The translations under genes and the position numbers were made by a program. DNA of 62,967 nucleotides, the filler included, from Platydemus manokwari (lineage: Eukaryota): the NCBI GenBank assembly GCA_037951405.1. It is 5 parts of 5 records of this genome, joined end to end, with 100 filler letters (N's around TTAATTAATTAA, not from the genome) between each part and the next. Parts side by side here need not be neighbours in the genome. Positions count along the whole stretch, not along the records: positions 25,633 to 39,995 come from JBBMOY011472529.1; positions 40,096 to 51,457 come from JBBMOY010732204.1; positions 51,558 to 62,967 come from JBBMOY010691097.1; 2 more parts are not named here. One strand, given 5' to 3'. The notes under the pieces were generated by a model. That model did not search any database. It was not told where the DNA came from and worked only from the letters and a program-made list of their open reading frames with translations. Each line of letters starts with the position of its first letter. The first letter of the stretch is position 1. This document shows positions 39,823 through 53,078 of the stretch, piece by piece.

Positions 39823-39995
39823 AACAATAGATTTATAAAACTTCTCCGTAAATTCAAAATATAATAATAAGCAAAACTAATTTCTTTAAAGATATTAAAA
39901 ATATATATATATATTTATTTATATACAAAATAAATATTATAAAATCATTTATTTAATATTTAAAATAGCATGATAAAAGAATAGGGTTTATTCAC

Positions 39996-40095
39996 NNNNN
40001 NNNNNNNNNNNNNNNNNNNNNNNNNNNNNNNNNNNNNNNTTAATTAATTAANNNNNNNNNNNNNNNNNNNNNNNNNNNNNNNNNNNNNNNNNNNN
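39996..40095. other. Artificial contig linker
   Basis: N44-TTAATTAATTAA-N44. Confidence 0.97.
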
Positions 40096-40099
40096 AATG

Positions 40100-40131
<32 letters not shown>

Positions 40132-40225
40132 TGATGAAATAAGAATGATAAAAAGTAACTGATTTGTAATAATATTGTTATTAATAATAAATAATAAAAA
40201 AATAACAAAAAATAATATGACTGAC

Positions 40226-40664
40226 ATCTTCTGAAGATAATGTATCCACTATATATGGATCACTAAGAGCTGTGTACATTTTTGCCATACCACTGTTGGG
40301 ACGGTGTATTGCATAAAGAGTGATCTAGAAAATAAAATAAACAATCGATAAACATGTCACACAGAAATTTAATAATTGCTACAATATATTGAGTACTGGA
40401 TTTCAAATGTGTGATATTTAGTTCATGAATCTCATTATGATATGCACTGATCTTGGTTGCCACTTCGATTTTATCGGATGACGGGTTGTTGTATTGGAAA
40501 TCTGGTAAATAAAGTAAATCATAAATCTGTTCATTCATAGGTCGAAAATTTTCAATCGTCATCTCTGACGGAAGAACTCGGTAGAGAATTTTGAATTCAA
40601 TATTTCTTTCTGACTGATAATTCACAGGAACATAAACCCATGTTATGCTAGCACTTGTAGAACT
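40226..40664 (-). CDS. Two internal exons (40664-40383, 40324-40226) encoding a fibronectin type III domain resembling insulin-receptor-family FnIII-1; gene truncated by the contig end
   Basis: SSTSASITW...FKILYR.LP...IENF...LNITHLKSSTQYI|ITLYAI...TALSDPYIVDT across a 58-nt GT-AG intron. This parallels the InR motifs W...F.lfYk..P...tEF and L.gLKPwTQY...gAkSDi.YV.T. Confidence 0.6.
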
Positions 40665-41899
40665 CTGAATTTAATAATTGGTGAAAAATCAGTAGTTTGA
40701 GATCGTGTTAAATATATAGCAAGTGCTTCTCTCTTATAGAATAATATTAATTATTATTATGACAGCAATAAGAAATAATAATAATAATGATAACTACAGT
40801 AATAATAATGATAATAATAATAACAATAATTATAATAATAATTATCATAAGTATTCTTTTTATTAATGTTATTATTATAACTATTATTATTATTATTGTT
40901 ATTATTACTATTATTATTATATAATTTTAATTATAATTATAATGAGCTAAACGATACATAAAAAGAATATTTAATTGTGATTTTAAACTAGCTGATACAT
41001 TTGTAATTAATTTCCAGTAAAATTTTAATTAATGGTAGAATAAGCGTAAACTGAAAGAACTGGATCAACGAATTCATTCCATTCAAAGCTAAATGCTCCG
41101 TCATTCATCTCTGCAATTGTTGATAATTATATGAAGAATCATTAATGGATTATTTTCCATTTATTTTGTCGTTAACGGGAAAAAGATTGATCAATTTACC
41201 ACCGATAATTGGAACAGATGAAAAAATGAGGCACTTAAACTCCATTCGAAATATCTGTGGCAAAATTGCAGTTTTCTGACATTCATTGAAATTTATTTTC
41301 AGATTTAATTTTTTAAAACAATTACAGTGGGAAATATTTGTAGATTTGATTTTTATTATTAATTTTCAAATGAGTTATTATTTTTTATAATAATTTTTAT
41401 ATTTATACCAAATAAAGTATAAATAATTATCGATTATTAAGTATTATCTATGTTGGTTAATCAAATAAATAAATTTCAAAATATTTTCGGACTTTGTTCT
41501 TCCAGAAAACCACATCGAAATAAGCATTCTGTTGAGAATTAAAAACGAAATGTAAGAGAGGATTTTCTTAACTTTATCTCAAAAAATACCGGTGCTGTTG
41601 ATCACAAATTTATCATTCTTCGATATGTCGATTCCAAACAATGAAAAAATAATTAGCCACATTTAACCCGATTAAACTATCATGTGCATTCGATAAGCTC
41701 CTGATGGAAAACGTCAAACATTTCCGTCGAGAATTAAATATTTAAGATAGAAGTTGTCTTGAAAATTACATCGAATACAAAAACATTTAATGACATAAGA
41801 TACCATTACTATTAGCTTCAGGTACGAAAATTGCTGTCAAATGAATTCGACTTGAAAATTGACGAGTAACGTTGGCAATTATTTTAGAGAAAATACCAT

Positions 41900-44000
41900 A
41901 TCTTGAGATCAGATTTTGAAACAGAGAATTGAATCAATAAAAGTATCATTGTTCGTTGTGAAATAAATGAGAGAAAGGAAGGAATTTTTTCAAACACGCT
42001 ATTTAGATAGAAAATTCAAAGAAAGAAAGAATAAAGAAGTAAACAGAAAAATATAAACAAATTGACGTCAATCTCCTTCTTAAATCTGATCGGTGAAATT
42101 TAACGACTAAGAATGTAAATAAAAGTTAAGTGAAGAGGAAAAGTGTAAGTCGTAGATGTTTCAGGAAGCTAGCGGTAGAAAGAAAAATTTAACGAACGTC
42201 AAATATCTAAAAACTGAAATACCACATGATAGAGTGAGCATTTATAACAATAATGAATGAGAGCTATTGAACACTCTTAAAGAGCAGCAATTCTGAACTG
42301 ATATGTTTTTCAAAATACATTAATAATGATAAGATAAAGATGTGGATGGTCTGGAACATAAGATTACAACAGAAAGAAACCATTATACTAAGCAAATTCA
42401 TAGAACGATGCAATCAATATAATGAAGAAGAATATTTTTAGTAGGAATAAAATGGATTGATATTTGGATATTGATAAGAACACTTCAACCGAAACTGATC
42501 GAGTTAAAATTGTAAACTCTCGCTGATGGTAACATAATTTTATTGAAAAAGTGTATTAGAAGGAAAAGGTTCAATTTTTTTGCATTTTCAATTAGACCTA
42601 GTAGTAAGAAACTTTATTGAACACGAGACTCGAACTAAAGGAAAACAATGACATAAAATAGTAAATTCAAGATCTTATAGAAAATAATGTTACTACGCCT
42701 TGCTAAGACGTCAGAAATCCAATATAGTAATGGTTCCAAGAAAGATGAATCAATAATGACGTTCTCAAGATTATTTAAATTAATCGAGAAAACAGACAAA
42801 TTTACTTTTCCATTTATAGATATTGAATCACCGCTTTATTTGTAATAAGCATGATCTAATATCAAGATCGAGGAAACGTGGGACGGGAGGATGCCATTCG
42901 AATTTTGTAGGAATAAAACATTGTTTCAAAGATCATGAATATAACATTTAATGATTTGATCGCTTTAATATCATGGTGTATTTGTAAACAATGAGGATAC
43001 ATAATGCAGGATTCAATTACATTTTGAAGCTGATTAAGTCGTATGGATTAAATGTCAACCCGGCTAATTTCGTTCGTCAGTCTACAAGGCCTACAAACAC
43101 CAAGAAAGGAAGGCAGATTAAGAAAGATTAGCATTAATTTTGGTCTATCAAAGACTTCATCTTAATCATTGATTTGCTTTATGCAATCATGGCAATTCGA
43201 AAAAGTAGTTTTATCAACAGTGATTTGACAAATAATCAGACAACTAATACTATGGATGATTACATGCTGTATTAGCAACAAAAAATGAAAGATATGGCAA
43301 TGTAGTGTTCAACTAAAAATAATTTCTTTTCCAATTTCGAAAAATACGAGCCACTGGTATAAATCACGATGTTTGCTGACATTAGTAATAAGATAATCGT
43401 TAAATCAGAAATCCTTTTACAGAAGCAAAGACAATACCTTCATTAGAAGCTAGATCGTATTAGTAATAAGAATTTCTGAATTATGTTTCGTAACATTCAG
43501 CACTATATTAAAAAATTTATTATCTATATATAATCCGTTCAAACAAAATAAGATTCCATAAGTAGATTTCGTATGGATCAAGAATTTTTGATTAAAACCA
43601 AGTATATGTTAGGTTTTATGAGCAGAATCAACAAACTGATAAGCTTAGTGCAACACAACCAACAACACGAGACCAGTTTGTAAATGCTATTTATTTTTAA
43701 CCATGGTGCTCCAGAATCGTGACTTACAGATTGAAATAAATACTTTAAAGAAAAATGAATGAAAGAATTGGTTATATGTTTAGGAGTAAAACTTCTAATA
43801 TTTCGTAGTCCTCGCAAAGTTCTCATTTACTTTATATGCTACTCCAAAATTAAAATAATAATCGAAAGGTTTAATTAAATCTTAAAAATTGTGAATATCA
43901 ATAAATTTTCAATTTAATCTATCGATTAGATTGAGATTACATCATATTCTTGCACGTTATACTGATGATAATAATAATTATGATTTCAGATTTCGGGATC
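41900..44000 (+). mobile_element. Degenerate Gypsy pol (RT to integrase) remnant
   Basis: VMVP.KKDES...KLIEKTDKFTFP (RT start, ~42725-42820), RMPFEF (~42890) and integrase FNHGAPES*LTD...MKEL...LGVK (~43695-43795). Confidence 0.65.
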
Positions 44001-47000
44001 GTTAAAAAATTTACAATTAATTATGGTTTGATAAGAATAACATAATGAGGTAATACATGGGTATTCAAGGTAGGGTTGTCTAAACTTATAAAGTCTAATT
44101 TTAAACCCTTAGCATCAGAACTCATCAGCATTTAGAAAAATCATTTTCATAACCAATCAGAAATCAGTAACACCGAGGAAGAATATCTTCCAGTATAGTC
44201 ATCTCAGATTATCGAATATCTTATCGGCAATCAATACAAAAATAAAAGCAATGGAGCACTCCAGTTTAAAATATCAACTACACATCGGAACGATTGGAAA
44301 ATATTCCACTACACTACCGATTAATAATAACAACATTCCAAATAGAAAGAGAAGCGAAAATATTTGTTTTACTCTTTCTGTCACATTGGTCTGAAAAGAA
44401 ACAGACGAAAACAAACAATTTATTTTCTTGTAGTTTCTTCGACATTAATATCCAAACATAATATTTCTCAAATACCAATAAAATCTCAATACGATTTCAA
44501 TGCAATACAATGATGAATTTCATCAATGAACTTTATCAGTTTTCGGTTGACAAGAAGAAAATAAATCATCAATAATGATTCCACATAAAAACAATATTCC
44601 CAATTGAATAAAAATTATGATTTAAAGCAAAATCCATACCAGTACTGTGACATTAGTTATTATCGGCCGAAACGGCATGATGTGTTCGAAATTGACAGGA
44701 TCTGACCAGGGGCTACGAATTTTGTCAAAAAAGTTTTTAGAAAAGTTAATCTTTTTTCTCGGAAACTTGAGTTGTACGTACTTGATATTAGGAATACCGA
44801 CTGCTCTGAAACTATTTCATTCGGTAAATATCTTGATATGATAATAATGCAATAATAATGTGATTGTGATAACACATAAAATGAAAATTCATAACTAAGC
44901 CAAATATTGAAATAAAGCCATCATTAGACGCATTATTTCTACAAATGATATCAGAAAAGATAATTGTTAGACAAATTAACGAGACAAATTAAACATTCAC
45001 TGTTGGTGGATTGATAAAATCCAACAGCTGATTCAATAGATTCGGTTGTATCGGTGTTATTTTTGAGATATTTCATAGACGTTAATAGTTTACGGAATTT
45101 CCAAATGTTGTTTGAAAAAATAATTTCAAACAACAATACTACCAAAGAGTGATCATTAATATATTCTCGAATATTATTTTTAGAATCATGGCTAAGATGA
45201 AGTAAATGGGTCGTTTAATGTGGTTTCTTTGCAAAGAATCTTCGAACAAGATTTGATTTTATAATTTAATTTTAAGTATATGTTATATAAAATGTGTCCG
45301 TTTGATTGATCGGTGAGTATATTTAAATGTTTAAGAGTATCATATTGATAACTAATGTTTGGAAGGCAACTGGAAGGCCTCCAATCAACCCGTATCAATA
45401 ATATTTGATCTGGGCATCTTAAATGTAATATGAAGTAATACATCAAATGCAAATTTTGTCTTTATCTTGTGAATGAAAGTCTGAATGATTGTCACATTCC
45501 ATTTTAAGACCGGAAATAAGAAACCAGCTTTATGTCAACAAATTTGGTATCTTTGTAATTTAATACATCATTTAAAACTTTTAGTTTTATAATACCATTT
45601 AAACTAATCACATTGGCATTCTATTTGGGTGCCGCTTTTGTAAATAAAAGAAAAAAAAAAGTTTGCCACATCGAATAGGCTTAAATAAAATTTCAAAATC
45701 GAGTTCCTATTTTAATCGCATCACTTTTCTTACATTCGTGATAGTGTCATCGATATCTTTATAGAATTTCTGAAACTGCATGTCTACGAGATGTCTTTTA
45801 ATACCTTTGATTAAAGTCAAATATATACTTCTTAAAACCGTAATACGACTTACCAAACTAATGGCATAATAATCAATATGATATTACTTTTTCTCATAAA
45901 ATAAAATATAAAAATTTAGATAATCTCTGCAGCAATTTTCATTTATTTGAAATTTGACCTGCTTTCAAATAATCACTTTTTTTCGCAAAGTACAAGTTCT
46001 GGTTTATTTAATTTCGGATTTTAAACAACTAACATTTTTTTCAGATGCTGAAACCAAAAATTCAAAATGATTTCCAAAAATAAAATCAATCTGAACCATA
46101 CAGTTTTTGCAATAAAATCAACAAGTTAAAAATTTTATTTGTAAATCTTTTCTTAAATTTAGTAAAATCATTACTCTCAAATATGTTACTAAAAATAGAT
46201 TAGTTAAATAAACTGAATCAAGTGCATATTTATAAAAACCTCAAAATATTAAATGGAAAAATATTATTATCATTGGTTTTCATTGCAAATGTTCATCCAG
46301 TAATATTGCTTTAATTAAAAAAACAAGCCATTTTATGGTTGAAAGAAGAAGTATATTGAAATTATAATTTCCCTCTTGTAGATTGGTTAATGCTTATCCG
46401 ATAAATCGACAAAAACAACAGATACACACACACACTAATATTGGCGCAATCCACAAATCCGATAATTGTTTAAATTGAATTTCAATAATATCGCATTTAT
46501 TCGAAACTGGAATTATATTTTGATATTTATATCTCATTAATTAGAACTCGGTATTGGTAATTAAAACGGGGGGAAAAAATAACACAACGAAGATATCTTG
46601 CTCATGAAATTAATTATGTTATCATCAGACACGAACAGAAAAAAACCCATTAATAATATTATTTAATGGAAAAATATCGAATCGCAAATTTAGCACGTTT
46701 AAAATAGTCCTTAATGATGAGAAAAAATTATCAATCAAGACATTTTATGTGTATATATTGCAAATATTGATTTTTTTTTCATACTTATATATATTTTTTT
46801 CTTTTTTTCTTCAACTCAATAATTCGTTTTCTTTAATGATTCTCGAATAACAATAATAGCATTGGAAAACTTTTCACGCTACAAATAACATCGCTTCGTG
46901 AAATATATCTGATTTTAATGATAGACTTTGTCGAAACATTGGTCGATGGAAAAGAAAAACTGAAGTCTTATACATAGCAAATTTCAATATTATAGTGACG

Positions 47001-48853
47001 TAATAACCTTAATAATGATTGGTTAGATTAGACTTTAAATTTGAAATAATTTTTTAATTTTTTTAAAATTTACATTAAAAAAGAGAAAAAAATTTTAGGC
47101 TAAATTAAAGGAATTTTTTTACTGAACACCAATTTCATTGGATGAAAATAATAATGAATTTGCACGTCAATGGATTTCAGTATCATCATAAAGAGCGCAA
47201 CGGATAGAAATGATTTGATAAGAAATTAATGATTTTTCTATTAAGCAATTCAACCACCAAAAAATAATTTACATCAAAAAAAATGAGAAAGCAAAATTTC
47301 TCCATCAATTGATACCGTAAAATGAAATCAATTTAAATAAATAAAATTAAAACCATTTCTGTCTGCTGAAATGTTAAAGAGACAATTGAGATTTGTAAAA
47401 TCTCTTAACAGTCCTTGACTTTGGAGATAATTATGGAAATTATGGTCGATGTATTATTATTCATCAGTATGGTTAATTATATTTTATAATCGATTATTTT
47501 GTTATTTATTTGTCCACACAATATTAATATCACGATCGATCAAACAAAAAAACAAGTCATTGACAAAGCAATAAAGAGAGCAAAATGCGATTGCTCGACA
47601 AAATTTAATTGATATTACAAATGAAAAAAATAAAGAAATACAAACTCTAATGGAATCAATTAATTTTTTGACAAAAAAGATTTAAGCTCAAATAAACCGA
47701 TAAACATTATTATTTTTCAATTCATTTTTTTCGTTTTTTTCCTCGGTTTTTCCTCTTTGCAAATGCATGCACAATAATAATTTGCAATTTCGATTTTGCC
47801 TTTCAAAGAAAGAATTTTATTAAAGAGTTGTTTGAAATTGAAAGAATATTGATAGAAGTATTGAACAATATGCTTTCAATTTTGGTTGAGTTTTATTGAT
47901 TTCTTTTTTTGTCATTTACTATTGATGAAGGAAACCTATTTATCAAATGATATGGATCGTAATGAAAATTATGTTCGTTCACTGGTTAATATGCTGACAT
48001 TAATAATGACATTATTGATTTTATTATTAAAGAATGATATTAATAATGAAAACCATAATAAGAAAATTAATAATAATAATAATTATTATTATTATTATTA
48101 TTAATAATAAAATAACAACACTTGGATTTAAAACACATTTGTGATGAATAATATGATGAAAAGGGAATTATAATGCCAACAGCTGTGTCAAGGAACTATT
48201 GGTCTTTCACAACGAATTTGAGCGAGTTAAACAGTTTGATCCTTTATAGAAATTTCATCCTCACATTCATCAGTCCCGTCATTGGGTTCCGAAAATGAAT
48301 GATAATGAATTGATTCCATAAACATATTGAAAGTTTTACCATAATAATATCAAACATACATTCATAATTCATTCAATGTTTTGTCGACCCATATAGTTAT
48401 TCATTCTACACATCAAATAGTGTTGGAACACAAATTTTCAATACTTGGTTGATATGTTTTATTATTGTTATAATTCTTTATGGAGGAAATGCAATCGTAA
48501 ATTTTCATTGACAGCAACTTGGTTGTGATTGATGGGCAGTGAATAAAAATTGATTCGATCTACATTGTACTGTTTTGATTGACATTTCTTTTAAAAAAAA
48601 CCTGGGTATTTTTCGTAAAAATATTTGTAGATAATAAATAATAACGATAATTATAATAATTATAATAATAATTTTTATAATAATTTTTATAATAATAACG
48701 ATAATAATAATAGTAATAATTATTATTATAATTATTAATACTATAATTTTTTTATACGTAATAATAATAGATATATAAATTAATATTTAATTTAAGATAC
48801 ATAAAGATATTTTTTAAATTGTGTTGTGATCATGCTGATTTGTTTCTGACATA

Positions 48854-49847
48854 CTGGGCGGATTCATAAGACTCCCGACTCCAAAACTGCTATAGTATAT
48901 ATGATTTCACAAACTTCTGTTAACAAATATCTCAAGGAAGAAAAAATAAAATCTTTGAAATATTCTTTTGATCAAGCATTTAGAGAAGATGATCCTTGTA
49001 AGAGAGATGAATTTTGTTCTTGGATAATCAACGAAACCAATGTCGATTACCATAGAAAGATTATTTTTTCATATGAATTTTCGTTTTATCTATAAGGTCT
49101 TGTACGAAAACACAATCTCTTTTATTACGCTAAAGAGAATGAACATCGTGTGTTATCGTATCACTTAAATCAACTGGACTGACCATTTGGGCAGCTATGT
49201 CATACGATCTTGTTGCAATCTTCAGTATCAGTCGTGAAACAATAAACGAAGAGCCGTATGTCAATTTTTTTAAATCAAAAGCTGTAGTCCTTCAGTGGAA
49301 ATGACAATCAACATTGGTGTCAACACGATGGTGCCCCGCCTCATTTCAGTATTCCAGTATGACAATGGCTTAATCAACATTTTCCACAGCGGTGGCTTGG
49401 TCGAAGAGGACCAAAGTAATGGCCACCAAGATCTTTAGACCTCACGATATTGGATTTTTATCTATTAAGTTATACCAAAGATCGAGTTTTGCAATCTATA
49501 ACAATTATTCGACCTTGAACGAACTTGAAGAAGCAATTTCACATGAATTAATAGAAGTCGTCAATCAAGAAGTCGTCAGTAAATGTTATTCAAGCTTCAT
49601 TTAACGATGCAATCTCTGTTTGAAGCAAGATGGTGAAGATTTTGTACAGTTGCTATGGAATTGCTTATTATTTACCGTTATTTGTTCTTACTGTTATTGT
49701 GTTTTGTTGTACATTAAAGTTACTCAATACATTTAGTTTGTTCTTACTATTATTGTGTTTTGTTGTGCATTAAAGCAACTCAATACATTTAGTTTGTTCT
49801 TACTGTTTTTTTTTAGTTTTAAAGACGGAGACTTATAAATCGCACGG
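48854..49847 (+). mobile_element. Tc1/mariner DD41D (rosa/Visitor-type) transposon relic with TIRs and TA TSD, internally deleted
   Basis: TA|CTGGGCGGATTCATAAGACTCC ... GGAGACTTATAAATCGCACGG|TA form imperfect ~22-bp TIRs. Transposase motifs: IIFSYEFSF, TIWAAMS, QHDGAPPH, RWLGRRG..WPPRSLDLTILDF, RCNLCLKQDGEDFVQLL. There are 41 residues between the second and third catalytic D. Confidence 0.88.
49681..49808. repeat. 56-bp tandem repeat (~2.3 copies) in the 3' part of the DD41D element
   Basis: Unit tttgttcttactgttattgtgttttgttgtacattaaagttactcaatacatttag is repeated with few mismatches. Confidence 0.9.
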
Positions 49848-50317
49848 TATAATAGAAGATTGACGTTTTATCGTTCGTTATATTAAACATTATCGAGCGC
49901 AGAAAAAAAATATAAAGTATCACTGCAAATAAATCAACCGAGTAATTTGATCACTAAAGATTTTCAATAATAAAGGAAAAATCAAGATTCAAATCTGCTG
50001 AATCGCGCATAAATTTTATTTTTTCTTATCGGTATATAATTGTCCGAAACCTTTCGACTTTTATCAGTGGCTAAAGCGTAATTTTATGGTTAGATCCTTA
50101 GTTCTTTTCTTAAAATTATAAATAGTATTTTTAGCCATGTAGCAAATAATGCCACCAATCCACTCAAGCATTCAATGTAAGTTTTTTAAAGTGATATTAT
50201 CTATTTCAAATATCTCTTGAACATAATTGACTGTTATTATCGATTCCAATAAAATCATTAATTATATTTATTTCCATAAAATACAGAAAAAATGATTTGA
50301 CAATTATAATTTATTAA

Positions 50318-50596
50318 CACGTTGACGGACACTTGCGTCTAATACCGTCAAAGCGAATTTCACTATGTGGCATGGCGGCAATAGACGTCTAAAACGAAAC
50401 GGTCTATTTTGGACAATGCGGCTATAAAGGCACAAATTTACGTTTACAGGCGTACAAATAGAAGACTAGTGTCATGTTTTAGAAACAATTCTTACGGTTG
50501 ACTTTTGTTTTCCTCCTATTATACGACTTGCAGCTTAAGTACGCACATAAAGTATTAAATTTTGTACTTCATTTGTTCCTACTGTCCGCCACTGTG
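50318..50596. mobile_element. piggyBac-type MITE
   Basis: TTAA|CACGTTGACGGACACT ... ACTGTCCGCCACTGTG|TTAT, a 12/16 TIR match with a TTAA-like target and no coding capacity. Confidence 0.5.
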
Positions 50597-51457
50597 TTAT
50601 TAACCATACCTTAGTTTTAACATTCTTTCACTACATGCAATGAATATATAATCAATGCATTATGATTATTTCTATTATTCTCATTTAAAATTATAGATAT
50701 CATGTCATTGAGCTCCAACTATCAATCCATACTGCAACTCGATTTTCAAACAATACTAGATTGATTTCTCACCAACTCTACCTTGACAGTATAATGACGT
50801 ATAATTTGTTTCTCGTCAGAATTTTTTAATTCAGTTTTTGTATTATTAAACACCAAATATTAATCCTGAATTTGTAATTATTTTTGTTTTATTGCTGGCT
50901 TTTTGACTTTTAACAATTATTTTTTGAATCTCAGTTATTTATTTTCATGATTTTTATAAACTTTTATTATATATTGTTGCCAATAATTCGTCATTTCACA
51001 TGTAAAAAAGTGAGTTTGTTGTCGAAAATATCAATTTGGAAATCATTGTTGAAAAATACCTTTAAATCCAGTTACAGGCATATCCTGGGTAGCTTTAATT
51101 CTCATTAATATCAATAATTTGTATTTCGATGAAATTTTAATATTGTCATAATAAGATTCTAGTTTCAATTTGAATCCTAAGGACCAAAAGCATAAACACA
51201 ACACTATTGAATATCGACGTTCAGAAGAGATAATCATTGAATTGAAAATTCTAGAAATACGACAAACTTGTTGCAATGGAAAGTAGATAATAGATTCTTC
51301 CTCTCCTTACTGGAGGAGATACATTAAATGAGATGCACGTGAATCTAATCGGATTTAGGGTTTAGTTTGCATTCTAAATGAAGTGCATCTCTGCTAAATA
51401 ATGCGCCTTTCACACTTTGGTGGTTCCTATAATTTATATCTGTATTCATTCAGTGAT

Positions 51458-51557
51458 NNNNNNNNNNNNNNNNNNNNNNNNNNNNNNNNNNNNNNNNNNN
51501 NTTAATTAATTAANNNNNNNNNNNNNNNNNNNNNNNNNNNNNNNNNNNNNNNNNNNN
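51458..51557. other. Artificial contig linker
   Basis: N44-TTAATTAATTAA-N44. Confidence 0.97.
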
Positions 51558-51841
51558 AATCTTATGATTTTCTCATTCCTTATATAGTATTTTCTAGGAC
51601 GGATTCTGAATAATCATTTTTGTTTATTATTTTCTTTTTTCCTATTGGATTTTAAATTTATTTTACAAATCCGCCTACAATAATAATTTTAATTTATTTT
51701 TCTCCCACATTATTTATTTGATTTTCTTTTTTTCACCCACAATTTAAAATCAGATTTTCGCATACAAATATGCTCGCATTTATAATTATAAATTTTATTA
51801 TTCTTTATTAATATTATTATTATTATTCCGTTATCCAACGA

Positions 51842-51895
<54 letters not shown>
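51842..51895. repeat. (ATT)n microsatellite
   Basis: About 17-18 perfect ATT units. Similar AAT/ATT tracts occur at 40096-40130, 40770-40940 and 48066-48110. Confidence 0.95.
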
Positions 51896-51896
<1 letters not shown>

Positions 51897-53078
51897 TACA
51901 TTTATTTCACACTTTTACTATTATTTTATTCATTTTTCTAACATAATTATATAAATAATATAATTTTTACGAATTTTTAATTTTATTTTTTTTCTAACTA
52001 TAAACATTTTTTTATATTACTTTTCATATAAATCATAAAAAAAATCAAAAAACATACAAATGAATTACTAAACAGTTAATAATCACTAATAAATCAAAAG
52101 TAAAATTAAAGGAGTTAAATGACAATAAATTGTCTTTAAATCCATTGTCTTCGTCAATGTCAACTTTTCATTTCGGCAGGCTTTGATACGGGGATTGGGA
52201 TTGTTTGGAATTGTCTCCTATTTTCATGTAGACTGAAGGAAAAGATTTAGATTATCCTGGAAGCTGAGAACTAGATGATTGAGAATACGAGAATTGAGAT
52301 GTTGATCAAAGTCTTTGAACTATAAATAATGGCAAACATAGCCCAACATAATGTTTCATGAAGTCAGACATAAACTTGTTTAAATTTTTAATTAAACGTG
52401 GTTATCATTGGCCAGAAATTTAAGAACATTGACCCTCATAACAATAAGATCTTACTTATCTCAATACACTTTTGGAGAAGATTTCAGTTTAAAGTTGAAA
52501 CATTTATATTTTCCAGTTAACTCGTCATCGATTCATATTTTACCAATTGATAATTCATGTCCCACCTATTTCGAAGTATTTACATTAATTGAGAACTTCT
52601 TTGTGTCTTTTCACGCTACTAGGACGAAATCGCAATATTTAATCATATAGTGGAGATTAAATTATTGATTGGTGGTTTAGTATTTGTGGATTGTATGATC
52701 AATTTCATTAATTTGTCGCGAGTTTGTATATTATCTTTAGTATGAACATATATAAAGTGTAGACTTTTGATGGCTTCCGATACGCTTTACATAATTTTTT
52801 CCAATTTAACAATTTAAAAACTTAACTGTAATATTAATTTACAATTTATAATTTTTTCTTTCTTGTTGAGGTCTATAAATTAGTATTCAACTTACAGATC
52901 TATAAATTTATGAAATAACTATTCACAAATCAATAATTAATTTGAACTTAAACGCTTTTCTGAAATAAAATTGTTATGAAATCAAACATTTATGATAATG
53001 ATTTGATACAGAACTATTTGCGATTAATTAATTTTGTTTAAATTTATTACTTTATTAATACATTTTAAACAATTCAAA

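Noticed and set aside
44100-45630. Further receptor exons (RVDWRP, hydrophobic segment)
   Set aside because: Multiple stops in all frames and no phase-consistent splicing, so they cannot be linked to the FnIII exons.
49681-49808. CRISPR-like array
   Set aside because: Head-to-tail tandem repeat without spacers, in a eukaryotic transposon.
53034-53078. Upstream TTG start given by the ORF track
   Set aside because: The ATG at 53079 (AAAATGG context) is the plausible eukaryotic start.
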